DNA from: Macrostomum lignano | Lineage: Eukaryota | Direction of reading: 5' to 3' | Assembly: GCA_002269645.1 (NCBI GenBank) | Contig: NIVC01000263.1 | Span: forward strand, 248,001-312,000 | Length of the DNA: 64,000 bases | Part shown: piece after piece, positions 25,001 to 35,904 of the stretch | Layout of the letters: each line of letters opens with the position of its first letter | Numbering within the stretch: position 1 is the stretch's first letter | Notes under the pieces: generated by a model | What the model was told of the DNA's origin: nothing | Databases searched by the model: none | The model's input: the letters and a program-made list of their open reading frames with translations, nothing else | Translations under genes and position numbers: made by a program

Positions 25001-25783
25001 GCCAGGAGACCGATGGAATTCCTTCAGGGCGAGCCCGAAGGTTTCCCAATCAGTATTTCTGGCGTTCCGTCTCCACATAACACGAGTTGCGCTACGCGCG
25101 GCCATTAGGTTGAAGGAGATGAACTTGTGATCCGATAGTGAGGACACTGGAAGCACCCGCCACGCCCCAATACTCTGGTAGAGTCTGGGCGTTGCGAGCG
25201 TAGCGTCGATCACCTCCGACCACCGTCCGTTGTCAAAGGTAGGGGTGGACCCAGAGTTGCAGAACTCGAGGGTCGTAGAGGCAACGTAGGCTAGGAGGTC
25301 TTCGCCTCTCTGATTAATGCCAGTGCTGCCCCAGTGAGTGTGGTGGGCGTTGATGTCGCCGGCAACCATGAGCTCGTAGTTTTTGGCAGAGCAGAGCTCT
25401 ACCAGCGTAGCGAGGGCTCTGGGGACGACCGCAGCATCGCCTGGTAGGTAAACCGAGGCAATGAGGGTGGTCTTCCCAGGAAGAAGGTCCTCGGATTGGA
25501 TGACGCAGATGTCCCTGTTGGACAGGTCCGATCTGAGCCACGCACTGAGCGTTTTGCTCGCAAAGATGCAAGCTCTGGGAGGCTGGTTGGCCTCGCGAGG
25601 GTAAGTATAAAAACAATTGTAGCCAGCAGGGGCGTTTTGAGGCTTACCTCTGAGAGTCCAGGGTTCCTGGACGAGGATGAGCCCCGGCTTGTCGAGCTCG
25701 GCGTAACGCATAAGGTTGACCGAGGCTGCGACGCAGTGCTGCAGATTAATCTGCAGGCAATGGATTCCCTGGTTGCTGATCAT
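22080..25783 (-). CDS. LINE ORF2: APE endonuclease, reverse transcriptase, RNase H, C-terminal CCHC finger; one -1 frameshift at about 22556-22560
   Basis: Endonuclease motifs QINLQH, LVQEPW, GDINAHH and SDHKFI; RT motifs QGGVLSPVLWN and GYADD; RNase H motifs YTDGS, NEVLAI, HSDSQAAL and WIPGH...GNELAD. The CPFC...HFVCHCP finger lies in the alternative frame (ORF 22080-22820). ATG at 25783 follows the ORF1 stop (TGATAATG). Confidence 0.92.
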
Positions 25784-25785
25784 TA

Positions 25786-27252
25786 TCACGCAGTTGGGGA
25801 ATCGTTGAGCAGGTCATCCTCCTCCTTTTCAGTGGTGGGTGACCCGCAGACCTCCATGGGAGTTTCAGCGTCCTCAGCAGTTAGGGTGGCTGTGGAGTCC
25901 TCCGCGGACGTGAGCCCAGCGTGGACGTTACCGTCGCCTCTCCTGCGTGCTTCGGTGCTGTCACTGCCCGTCCCCTCTGCCTCGTCGGTCAGGTCGATGC
26001 GGGTGGCGCCAGCCTCCTGGTGAGTCACAGACTCGAACCAGTCGGTCGGAGCCTCCCCGCTTAGAGTCTGGCCTTCTGGCTGTTGGGGTGGAGCGCGAGA
26101 AGCGCGGGCCCGCTCACGATGCGCACGAAGGTTCTTGGCCTGGTCCAGCGCGCGCTGGATCAGGCCGGACCTCCGGGTGCTCCTGGCGGGTCTGCGATTG
26201 CGATTTCCGGTTTCAGCAGCGCGAACTGCCTTACTGGGCATAGGATCGGCCGTTTGCCTCGGCTTCTTTGCCGGAGGAGCCTGGGCCCCAGTTCCGGTTT
26301 CGGAAGCTTTGGCATTCTTGGCTTCATCAGCTTTCCGCTCCTCGCAACGGAGGATGGTCAGCTGAGTCAGACCAATATGAATTGTGGACTTAGGCGGCAA
26401 GCGCTTAGCCCAGTCATCAGAGAGCCCTAGGATCACCGTAGCCCCCTTCTCCTTGCGGGAAGTGGCGTGGTGTAGGAGCCCGTTGACCTTAAGGTCGGGG
26501 TGCAGCTTTAGCAATATTTGCCTAAGCTGATCTCCGGACTTAATGGCACTGCCGGCCGGGATCCAGACGCGAAAGCGCTGGGTCTTCTGTCGTTCGCCCT
26601 CGCTGGCGAAGACGAGCTTGCCGAGCTTCTTGGGCCAGTTCAGCTTTGGCAGAAGCTCGCGTAGATTGCGGCTGCTCTCCTCCGAGCTGCACCAGATGAA
26701 GATGCAGCCGTCGGTCTTGGCAGACTTGACCACGCTCACAGGGCGGCCCGCCAGGAGCTGGTCGATGAGCGCAGCATCGATGGTGCGCCAGGCACTGTCG
26801 AGCTCGTCGGCCGTGAGGTCCTGCTCTTCCCCGAAGACGATGACCGCCGGTTGGAGCTTGACCTTTGAGGCGTAGTTGGTGGCGGCGGTTCCCGAAGGCC
26901 CGGCCGCGCTTGTAGCAGGTATACTGGGTGGCTCACCAGCGGGGGTTGTATCCTGGGGGGCAGGGGTTGCTGTGGTTCCTTTCGGCCCAACAGCAGCCTC
27001 GCCCTCCCTAGGTTCCCCTTCCGCCGGTGGCCGGCCCGCAGTACCCCGTAGTCGCCGTCGCCGCTCGTTGCGGCATTGGTTGCGGGTGCGTCGGGCTTCA
27101 GCGGAGGGCCCGGTTGCGCGTGCGGGCATGTCACCAGCCGAGCCGGCGGCAAGCCCATCTGCCCCCGGTGGGGCGGCGCTGGTGCCAGAGTCACCGGCCG
27201 GAGTTGCCGGGGCCCCGGCTTCAGCGGGGGTTAAAGAGGCGGATGACGCCAT
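25786..27252 (-). CDS. LINE ORF1 (488 aa; Arg-rich N-terminus, central folded domain, no obvious CCHC knuckle)
   Basis: Long open frame directly 5' of ORF2, inside the TSD-bounded element. Confidence 0.85.
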   Translation of the reverse strand: MASSASLTPAEAGAPATPAGDSGTSAAPPGADGLAAGSAGDMPARATGPSAEARRTRNQCRNERRRRLRGTAGRPPAEGEPREGEAAVGPKGTTATPAPQDTTPAGEPPSIPATSAAGPSGTAATNYASKVKLQPAVIVFGEEQDLTADELDSAWRTIDAALIDQLLAGRPVSVVKSAKTDGCIFIWCSSEESSRNLRELLPKLNWPKKLGKLVFASEGERQKTQRFRVWIPAGSAIKSGDQLRQILLKLHPDLKVNGLLHHATSRKEKGATVILGLSDDWAKRLPPKSTIHIGLTQLTILRCEERKADEAKNAKASETGTGAQAPPAKKPRQTADPMPSKAVRAAETGNRNRRPARSTRRSGLIQRALDQAKNLRAHRERARASRAPPQQPEGQTLSGEAPTDWFESVTHQEAGATRIDLTDEAEGTGSDSTEARRRGDGNVHAGLTSAEDSTATLTAEDAETPMEVCGSPTTEKEEDDLLNDSPTA

Positions 27253-28719
27253 AGCTGAAAGCGGGAAGGAGTGAGCTGAGTCACAAAAGAAAGAGGAAAG
27301 AAGAAAAAGAAAAGGACCGCTAGCGACCGGACAACCCCCCGGCCTTCCAGCCCATCGGCACGGTCAAACACCTTAGGCATTAGGGGGTACGTTAAGCAGT
27401 ACCACGGCCTGCAGGCTGGCAAGCCAGACCCGCATACCCAAATTCGGCCGAAGCCACTGGATGGGTCGCCAGCGTCGGAGCCCAGTCTGTCCAGCAGCCC
27501 TAGGGTCTGCCTTGAACACACGCGGGGACGAGTACCCTGGGTCGACTTGTGAAACAGCGTGAGGGGGGGGGGTCTGCGGCTGCCAGTGGCAAATAGCGGG
27601 TGCAGACCTCCCTCTCCAGCCTTGACCTGCTGAATATAGGGGCAGGCGTGAAGCATCGCAGACCGTAGCCCTTAGGCCTGGTCTGTCTCATACTTCACTG
27701 GCGTGCTGAATACACCTTCGCGTGCTATATTTGGCATCTATATAAATATTTTTTGCTTCTAAAGTTTTTTTACAAATATTTCATTATATGTTACTATAAA
27801 ATAAAAAGCAAGCAGGCCTTAGGCCTATATATATACAAATACATAACTTAGAAACTTAAAATTAAATGTTTTTGTTTTTTGTATATAGTTTTTGCTTGAC
27901 CTTTGCTTTAGGCTTTTTGTGCATAGAGTGTGTATATATGCACCATAAATTTTGAAATTGCACCCTGAAATTGAAAAGTGGATGCAGTTTAGGTATGGTC
28001 ACATAATCTATTTTTCTTTTTAAGGCTTAAGCCTCATTTAATAAAAGAAATTGCACTCTGAGCCTTAAAATCACACCTTGAAATAGGGTATATAGTGCAA
28101 TTTTGTACTTTGTCTCTGGCAAAAAACCTAGCCTTTGCTTGATCTATTGCAATATGTTAATCTTAGTTGAAATATAAAATTTGGTTATGTATATATATCT
28201 TTTAAATATTATAAATCTAGTAATATTAATACTATTAATAAGTCAAGTCAAAGATAGTACTTTGTTTTAGCCATTTTAACAAAGCCAAGGCTAGAACTTA
28301 ATTTTGCTTTCATTTATTACTTTAAGTCTTAGATTTCCAAATTATAAGTAGTAAAAATCTTTTAACCAAAAGTTCTTTAGAATATAAAATAGTTTCTAAT
28401 ATAAGTGAATTAGCTAGTTTATATAGGCTTCTGCTTATACATAAAAGCATGCATATGCAATACCTAGCTGATCTATCTGGTTGACAAGGGGCCCAGCCAC
28501 ATTAAGTTGCAAAAATGCCTAGATTTGAAAAATATAGATGTAGTACTAATTAGATTACCAGCATTTAGCCTTAATTGTTATTGTTATTGTTGCTAAGAAA
28601 TATTAGTTATTGTTGCTAAGGTAAGATAAGATTAGAATCTAAGATAGATTTTGACTCATGTCTATACTAAAGATATCAATGGCCCCTATTTTAGCCATGG
28701 TCAAGTTGTGCCAAAGCTA

Positions 28720-28947
28720 GTTTTCTCGCAACCCTCTGATTTACATTGGCCGTTCGACCCTAAATAAAAATTAACACAATTTTGGGTAAACGGCAGGAGT
28801 AACTATAACTGTCTTATTAAGGCTAAATGCCTCGTCATCTAATTATTACTACGTCTATTCTTTTAAGTGGGCATTTTTGCGACCTACCCTTGGTCCACCA
28901 AAATTTACAGTGACGTGGCCGGATCGGCCAGCAGTTGCGCATGTATG
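28720..28947 (-). mobile_element. MITE-like element copy 3 (inverted, partly eroded)
   Basis: Ends GTTGCGCATGTATG; internal sequence is the reverse complement of copies 1 and 2 (GGGTAAACGGCAGGAGTAACTAT). Confidence 0.65.
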
Positions 28948-29020
28948 TTTTATAATCATGTGAATATATGTGTGTATAATTTGCATTCATGCATGCAAGC
29001 ATCTGCTTCTCCCACACAAG

Positions 29021-30568
29021 ATGAGCAACTTCTTCTGCAGCTTGTGCAATGTCAACCTATTAGACGAGAACATGCTACAGATCCACCTGGGCACCGTCCA
29101 GCACCAGGAGATGCTGAATAAGCAGCAGAGAGCGGCGGCATCTAGTAGTAACCAAAGCGGCGACCAGCCAATGTCAGTTGACGGAGCTCTCATGTGCTCC
29201 CTGTGCGACGCCAAGTGCACCAGCGAGGCCGCCTATCAGATGCACATCAACGGTGCCAAGCACGCCAAGAAGGTGCGCGACGCCGAGTTTCAACGCAAGA
29301 AGGAGGCTAAGCATCCCGATGTTTATTGCCAGCTGTGCGACCTGACCCTGCAGCCGGAGCTCATGCAGGCAAGTTTTGCGGACTAGTGCTGTAGTTTTTT
29401 TAGTTTTTGCTTGTTTAGAGAGGCAGGGGTGTGTATCCTGGCGCACTTCAAGCAACATTGTAATTACTGCCATACATGCGCAACCCGCTGATTTACACCG
29501 GCCGTGCGACTTACTTTTTGACCAAAAATGCGACTTACCTATGAAGAAAACAAGCGAAAAATAATGTAATTTTGGGTTAGGGTCAGGTTCTCCAGGTAGG
29601 GTGTTAGGGTCAGGTTCTCCAGGTAGGGTGTTGGGGTCGGGTTCCCCAGGTAGAGTGTTAGGGTCAGGTTCTCCAGGTAGGGTGTTGGGGTCGGGTTCCC
29701 CAGGTAGGGTGTTAGGGTCAGGTTCTCCAGGTAGGGTGTTGGGGTCGGGTTCCCCAGGTAGGGTGTTGGGGTCGGGTTCCCCAGGTAGGGTGTTGGGGTC
29801 AGGTTCTCCAGGTAGGGTGTTGGGGTCGGGTTCCCCAGGTAGGGTGTTGGGGTCGGGTTCCCCAGGTAGGGTGTTGGGGTCGGGTTCCCCAGGTAGGGTG
29901 TTGGGGTCAGGTTGGTGGTTCGGTCTAATCTGTAAGCAAGTAAGTCAGGCATCGCTGAATTACAAAACTCGTGCCCCACTTGGCCTCCTGCAGACCCACC
30001 TGAACGGCATGAAACACCTGAACGCCCTTAAAGCTTCTGGCGATCCAACTGCGGCCGCCCTCATCACGAGCAAGAAGAACAAGGTGGCCGAGGTCAAGGT
30101 GAGGCTCGAGAAAGATTGTGGTTCATGGTGAATTTAAAGATTACCCGCCTGAATTATGATTTCGATTAGACTTTCGAGTGGGCAATTGATCCTGGCTATT
30201 TAGCGATGAAAATTTCAAAACAAGTTGGTAATCCATGCTCACCTGTCCAGGCCATGCAGTCGATGCAGCAGAAGGGCTCAGCCAAGACCCTGGGCCCCAT
30301 GCTCCCGCCCGGATCCAACGTGAATCACAGCGCCGCGCTGAGCCAGATGCCCAAGGCCGAGATCCAGAAACTGCTGGGCAAACGGCACCACATGAAGTGC
30401 TCTGTGTGCGATGTGCCCGAGTTCACCACCTTCAGCCAGGCTGAGCACCACTTCAACTCCAAGGCGCACCGGGTGGCCTACCAGCAGCACCAGCAGCAGA
30501 TGAGTGAGTGCCTGATTGTCTGTGACTGTCTCTTTGTCTGTCTGTCTGTCTGTCTGTGACTGTCTCTT

Positions 30569-30611
<43 letters not shown>

Positions 30612-30654
30612 GACTGTCTCTTTGTCTGTCTGTCTGTCTGTCTGTGACTGTCTC

Positions 30655-30691
<37 letters not shown>

Positions 30692-31150
30692 GACTGTCTC
30701 TTTGTCTGTCTGTCTGTCTGTTTGACTGTCTGTCTGTCTGTCTGGCTATCTGTCTGTCTGTCTGTCTATCTGTCTGTATGTCTGTCAGCGTGCTCGTCTG
30801 TCCTTCTGACCATCATTATAGCGCTGTCAATGATTCTGGTTTGTGTGTTTTATACTGGCCCAATGATGTTCCAAGATGCTGTTACTCCATCTGTACACGA
30901 ACTCCTACACACCCCGCCGCCAGTCAAAGCCAAGGGCAAGCTGTGCGAGCTGTGCAAAGTGACCGTCAGCTCTGACGAGCTGCTGGAAGCGCACCGCAAA
31001 GGCTACAAGCACACCCTGCGGGCGATGAACGGCCAGATACCGCCCGGTCACGAATATTACGATAAATTCGTCAAGCACCAGGAGACCATGCGCAATCTGA
31101 AGGCTGGCAAGTCCGCCTCGGCCCCGGCTTCGTCTAATGTTTCTAGTTGA
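29021..31150 (+). CDS. Five matrin/U1-type C2H2 zinc-finger protein (ZNF385/ZNF346/ZMAT-like, putative dsRNA-binding), 326 aa; exons 29021-29368, 29994-30098, 30251-30503, 30876-31150
   Basis: Fingers CSLC..HLGTVQH, CSLC..HINGAKH, CQLC..|THLNGMKH, CSVC..HFNSKAH and CELC..HRKGYKH have the H-x5-H spacing of this class. The spliced length is 981 nt in frame. Intron 1 uses a GC donor. Confidence 0.82.
29471..29542 (-). mobile_element. MITE-like element copy 4 (truncated end) in zinc-finger intron 1
   Basis: CATACATGCGCAACCCGCTGATTTACACCGGCCGTGCGACTTAC matches the reverse complement of the copy-2 right end. Confidence 0.65.
29575..29915. repeat. 27-bp G-rich minisatellite (GGTAGGGTGTTGGGGTCGGGTTCCCCA) containing TTAGGG/TTGGGG
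   Basis: About 12 copies in zinc-finger intron 1. Confidence 0.9.
30515..30790. repeat. (TGTC)n microsatellite in zinc-finger intron 3
   Basis: Directly visible. Confidence 0.95.
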
Positions 31151-31284
31151 ACTGTTTCTAAATTCGCACTGTGTTCTTTGCCGACTGTTTGCATCTCGTA
31201 ATATGAACTGGTGTGTTAAGGGAAATTCACCAATTTGGCGCGAGGGCACGACTATTGACTGCCAAAGATGTAAGTTTGAGCTTT

Positions 31285-31465
31285 AGTTTAGGGTTTGGGT
31301 TTAAGTTTCGGTTTGGGTTTGGGTTTAGGTTTGGGTTTGGGTTTGGGTTTAGGTTTTAGTTTAGGTTTCGGTTTAGGTTTGGGTTTAGGTTTGGGTTTGG
31401 GTTTAGGTTTGGGTTTAGGTTTGGGTTTAGGTTTAGGTTTGGGTTTAGGTTTGGGTTTAGGTTAG
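31285..31465. repeat. (TTTGGG/TTTAGG)n hexamer array, telomere-like
   Basis: About 28 degenerate hexamers downstream of the zinc-finger stop codon. Confidence 0.85.
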
Positions 31466-32009
31466 CAGCAGTCAATCATCGCAAACCCATTCAGCGCAAC
31501 CGTGTATATAACATTGATGGTTTGCATTGTGACCGGTTTGTCCTTGAATTGTTCATCAGTAAAAATCAATAAAAATGGTTGAAGTTAAAACTATGTAGCA
31601 ACTATAAGAATGATTGATGCTTTTATCGTTTGATGCACTTATACTCGTACTTGTTGACTCTCCCCTTCATCAGAAGTCACTATTAAGGGTTTTTTAAAAT
31701 CGTTTTGTTACTTTTTAATGGGTCGTGTATTCAATATTTTAATTGTTTTCGCCTCTGTTTTATTAACACATCCTAGTTGCATAGAAAGTGCTTATATGTT
31801 GCTGCTTGACGCTTAATCAAGTCTCAAATGTCTTTTACTTTGTTGTAAGTCATCCTCACATGATAAGAAACAAGCTTTCTGCATCTCAATCCGCAATTTT
31901 ACGCTACGTTACGCTTGTAATAATATGCTAATCAATTTATAAGATCGTTTTTGCAAATTAAAAATAATTTGCAATAATTCCCAAGGGTTAGTATATTAGA
32001 TCAAGCTAC

Positions 32010-32205
32010 ACACCAGCGAGTCCATTTAGTGGTGTTCTAAAAATAGAATTAATGTACGCACCATTGAATCCATTCAGTGGGCGTTCTAAAAATAGAATCA
32101 ATGTACGCACCATCTAATCCATCAGTGGGCGTTCTAAAAATAGAATCAAAGTTCGCACCATCGAATCCATTCAGTGGGCGTTCTAAAAATAGAATCAATG
32201 TACGT
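32010..32205. repeat. About 48-bp tandem repeat (GTACGCACCATTGAATCCATTCAGTGGGCGTTCTAAAAATAGAATCAAT)
   Basis: About 4 diverged copies. Confidence 0.8.
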
Positions 32206-34097
32206 ATCAGCTAATAAATTGGACAAAAATAATTATTTTTCTTACCAAATATACCGAATCCTGCACAGAAATAGCAGAAAAATTAACTTTATAACTTTTT
32301 GTTGATATCAGGCATCAAAATAAGTATTTGTTTTAACACTTTAGGCTATAAATTATATTGTTTTTTACATCTCTTAGTCATTTCGCTGTCTGTCATATGT
32401 GACTTACAATGATTGTGCTTCTTTTGCAAATCATAACTAAGCAAACCAGCGAGCCTGCTGCACGAATCATTCTGCTCTGAAAACTTATTATTTGTTCGAT
32501 GCAATCGTTGCTTATTAATTCAAGTATTTATTTAATTTTTCAAAAGATCTGAAATTCCTCTCAGCCCGCTAGATACTACTGCTTATTTGAAGTAGTACAG
32601 AGAACTGGACGTTTGATGAATTTAAATAAAGCAGCTAATCAAGCCTGTCTGCGCTTAATGAGACTGAGAGTGTAAAATGTGAAGATTGCATTTTATTATT
32701 CACTGCTGCTTGCTTAAATTTCCAGTGGGCTTCAGTTTTTAAGCAATCACAAATTGGACGCCGCAACTAGGCCGAAATGCAACACGAGCAGGGTGCGAGT
32801 TACCGAGTCTAATGGATGATGGGCGCTACTCTGAAGCATGGGGGTGAGATGGCTGGGAACTCTAAACCCTATTCATCCTGCAATTACTTCTTTTTTAAGA
32901 GAAGGGCAGATGGAGAGGCACTTATCATCAGAAGTGCGAAAATTTCGGCCTTTTTTAATTGGGAGGGGGGGTTGGCTTAATTCCAAACCCATCATCGCTC
33001 CCGGTCCCGTCTTGCTGAGCTGCCTGAGCTCAATATCCCCCCCCCAATCGCTGGAGGCCTGCAGGCAGAATCGGAGGTATCGCGCCGCTAATTTAAGAAG
33101 GTCGCGGGGCGGGGGCCGCCCGCTCACTCCATGCGCGTTGCTTAATCACGCAGAAGGCCTGCGAGAGCTGGGCTTGGGTTCAGCTCTCTCTATAAGGGAT
33201 GATTTAGGTGTGAGAAATATTGGGCGGGCAATTAAGGAACTGTGCGCTCGGGGCGGGGCCATAACCTCCGGCCTGCGCCCTCTAGCCGCCCCCCTCACCC
33301 AAGTCCCACCCGATCAATAAATGCGCGCGGCTCGTGTCCCCCTGTTTAGTGTGAAATCCAGCGTGACGTCAGCTCGCGATTCTTCCCCCTCGGCGCAGCG
33401 CAAATCGATCAAATAAAATTTCCAGATCGGATTGGATTAATACCCGGTCAAGGTCAGGCGGGAGGAAATCTCGGGACCCTAATTTTATCCCCCACTCCCC
33501 CCCCCCGAATCTCGCGCGCGCGTGTGTATTTTACTTAACGAAATGAAATGAAAGCAAAAAAAGAAGTTTAGCCACTGGGTCAGTCTTGCGGGTGAAAAAA
33601 ACAGCAAATTGGCTGACGGTCGCCCACCTCTACTCCCGCTACCCCAGTTGCACGCAGCATTCGGGCTGTAATAGGATTAGGGGGGCCTGCTGAAGGAAGC
33701 AGCAATCCAAGTATATGGGGGGAGCTCAAGAATTTCTCCCGCGAAAGAGGAGAAAGCTTAATCTTGCCTGTCAAGAGCACGAAGCAAATCGTGCCTTAAT
33801 TTATGTGCCCACCCTCCTACCAGGCCTGAGAAGCCATTTTGGGTAGCCGGAACACGAACTGCGCAAGAGGCGGGTGCAGCTTTGCTATATGGGATCGTAA
33901 AAATTCAATTCCGGAGCACCCCCCCCCCTGGGTTCTTTCTCTTCTTCGCACGCCTAATTTCTGGGATCAAATTGTACTGCGGCGTTTTCATGAACAATTA
34001 GTTCGCATTTCTTAGGGACAGTGAAGTGGGCTTCGTTTTAAGACAATGCACACCAGCCAGTTGTTGGGGTTGGTGATTCGGTGGCAGGGAGTAGGAT

Positions 34098-34472
34098 AGG
34101 TGTCTTGGGCGCAAAGTAGTGAGGTGGGTGTCTTGGGCGCAAAGTAGTGAGGTGGGTGTCTTGGGCGCAAAGTAGTGAGGTGGGTGTCTTGGGCGCAAAG
34201 TAGTGAGGTGGGTGTCTTGGGCGCAAAGTAGTGAGGTGGGTGTCTTGGGCGCAAAGTAGTGAGGTGGGTGTCTTGGGCGCAAAGTAGTGAGGTGGGTGTC
34301 TTGGGCGCAAAGTAGTGAGGTGGGTGTCTTGGGCGCAAAGTAGTGAGGTGGGTGTCTTGGGCGCAAAGTAGTGAGGTGGGTGTCTTGGGCGCAAAGTAGT
34401 GAGGTGGGTGTCTTGGGCGCAAAGTAGTGAGGTGGGTGTCTTGGGCGCAAAGTAGTGAGGTGGGTGTCTTGG
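34098..34472. repeat. 28-bp minisatellite (GTGTCTTGGGCGCAAAGTAGTGAGGTGG)
   Basis: About 13 near-perfect copies. Confidence 0.95.
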
Positions 34473-35044
34473 AACTAAAACTAAAACTAAAACCATAGGA
34501 ACTAAAACTCAATCGAATATCTCGCTTGCCGCTGCTAGCTGTCGAAATGCCCGCCGTCTGTGTGCTCCCCTCTTGCTCAGGCTAATTAATGTTCGCTTGC
34601 TCTCGAGTTCCGCGGAGAAAGGAATGGTAGGAGTCGAAGTACTTGCTTTACCCTCCCACCAGCGCGAGGAACTTGTCCACTTTCACCCTCTCTTCTCCGG
34701 CCTACTCGCTCTCTCTTCAGACCAGAGCCGAGTGTCAGCAGTAGAGAGGGTGAATTTTTGATTAAACAGAATGGGCAAACACAATTAATTGGCTCGCCTG
34801 CTTGTAATTTAATTAGGCGACTGGGGACACCGACGGCGGCCTGACCTGCGAGTGCCGCTCGATGCCGGGCCCGCGTTGTGTCCTTGCTGCTCCTAATTCA
34901 GCTCGAGCTGGAAAACAAAATATACTAGCGAATTATACAGTTGCTCTGCTGGCTTTTTCTCGATTGACGCTTAAAATTTTATGCTTAGTAATGAGGCTTA
35001 AAAACTGATCTGATTTCCTAGACTGCCTTAAATTTAAGGAAGTG

Positions 35045-35430
35045 GAGTGAGGTGGGTGTCTTGGGCGCAAGGGAGTGAGGTGGGTGTCTTGGGCGCAAGG
35101 AAGTGAGATGGGTGCCACGGAGGCAGGGAGTGAGGTGGGTGTCTTGGGCGCAAAGAAGTGAGATGGGTGTCACGGAGGCAGGGAGTGAGGTGGGAGTCTT
35201 GGGCGCAAGGGAGTGGGGTGGTTGTTTTGGAGGCAGGGAGTGAGGTGGGTGGCTCGGAACCAGGGAGGGAAGTGGGTGGCTCGGAACCAGGGAGGGAGGT
35301 GGGTGGCTCGGAACCAAGGAGGGAGGTGAGTGTCTCGGCTGCAGCGAGTCTCGGGGTCGGGGAGTGAGGTTGGTGTCTCGCGGGCAAGGAGTGGGGTGGG
35401 TGTCTTGAGGGCAGGGAGTGAGTTGGGGTG
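35045..35430. repeat. Diverged array related to the 28-bp repeat at 34098
   Basis: Shares GTGAGGTGGGTGTCTTGGGCGCAA core with many substitutions. Confidence 0.8.
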
Positions 35431-35904
35431 TCTATTAGGAAAACAAGCGTTATTCCATTCAAACTCGTTCCCTCCCAGTTTGTCCAAGCCATTCAATGCA
35501 TTTGAAATCCGAGTCGGAATCGTGAGCTCCCATTGCCTGGGGTGGCTGGCTGCTCCGATCTGCAGCTTTCCTGGAAAGGGAATCCTTGCGCCCCATGACT
35601 GCTTGCGAATCCAACAGGTGCAGTGGGAGATATCCGCTCCCCAATTCCGCCCCTCCCCCTGTCGAGTTCGGCAAATCTGTTTCCCTTAGCCGCACCGGTC
35701 TTCTGCTTATGACCGGAGATCCAAGCAATTTGCTGAGCATTTGTGGAGGAAGGGCTCTGTCTGGATCAAATTTTAGCTTGGCCCTGCCGTGCACTGGGAG
35801 GCCGTGCTGTGCCTCATTTTCCCTTTGCTGTGTCTCAGTCACCCTCAGCCACTCTCTCTCTCTGTCGAATCTTATGACTTCTCTGAATCTTAAATTTCAA
35901 TCCG

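Larger units (their letters stand above)
21971..27724 (-). mobile_element. Full-length non-LTR retrotransposon (ORF1 + EN-RT-RNase H-CCHC), LOA/Lian-like; 5754 bp
   Basis: 15-bp target-site duplication CTATATTTGGCATCT at 21956-21970 and 27725-27739. The 3' end is a short (AAGT)n-type tail. GC/CpG-rich sequence contrasts sharply with the AT-rich flanks. Confidence 0.93.

Noticed and set aside
25496-27274. Plus-strand ORFs overlapping the LINE
   Set aside because: Antisense shadows of GC-rich ORF1/ORF2 with no independent motifs.
29539-29990. PTPTPYLGN and GRVLGSGSP repeat ORFs
   Set aside because: They lie in zinc-finger intron 1 and derive from the 27-bp array.
31285-31465. True telomere or chromosome end
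   Set aside because: The array is short, degenerate, mostly non-TTAGGG and flanked by unique DNA on both sides.
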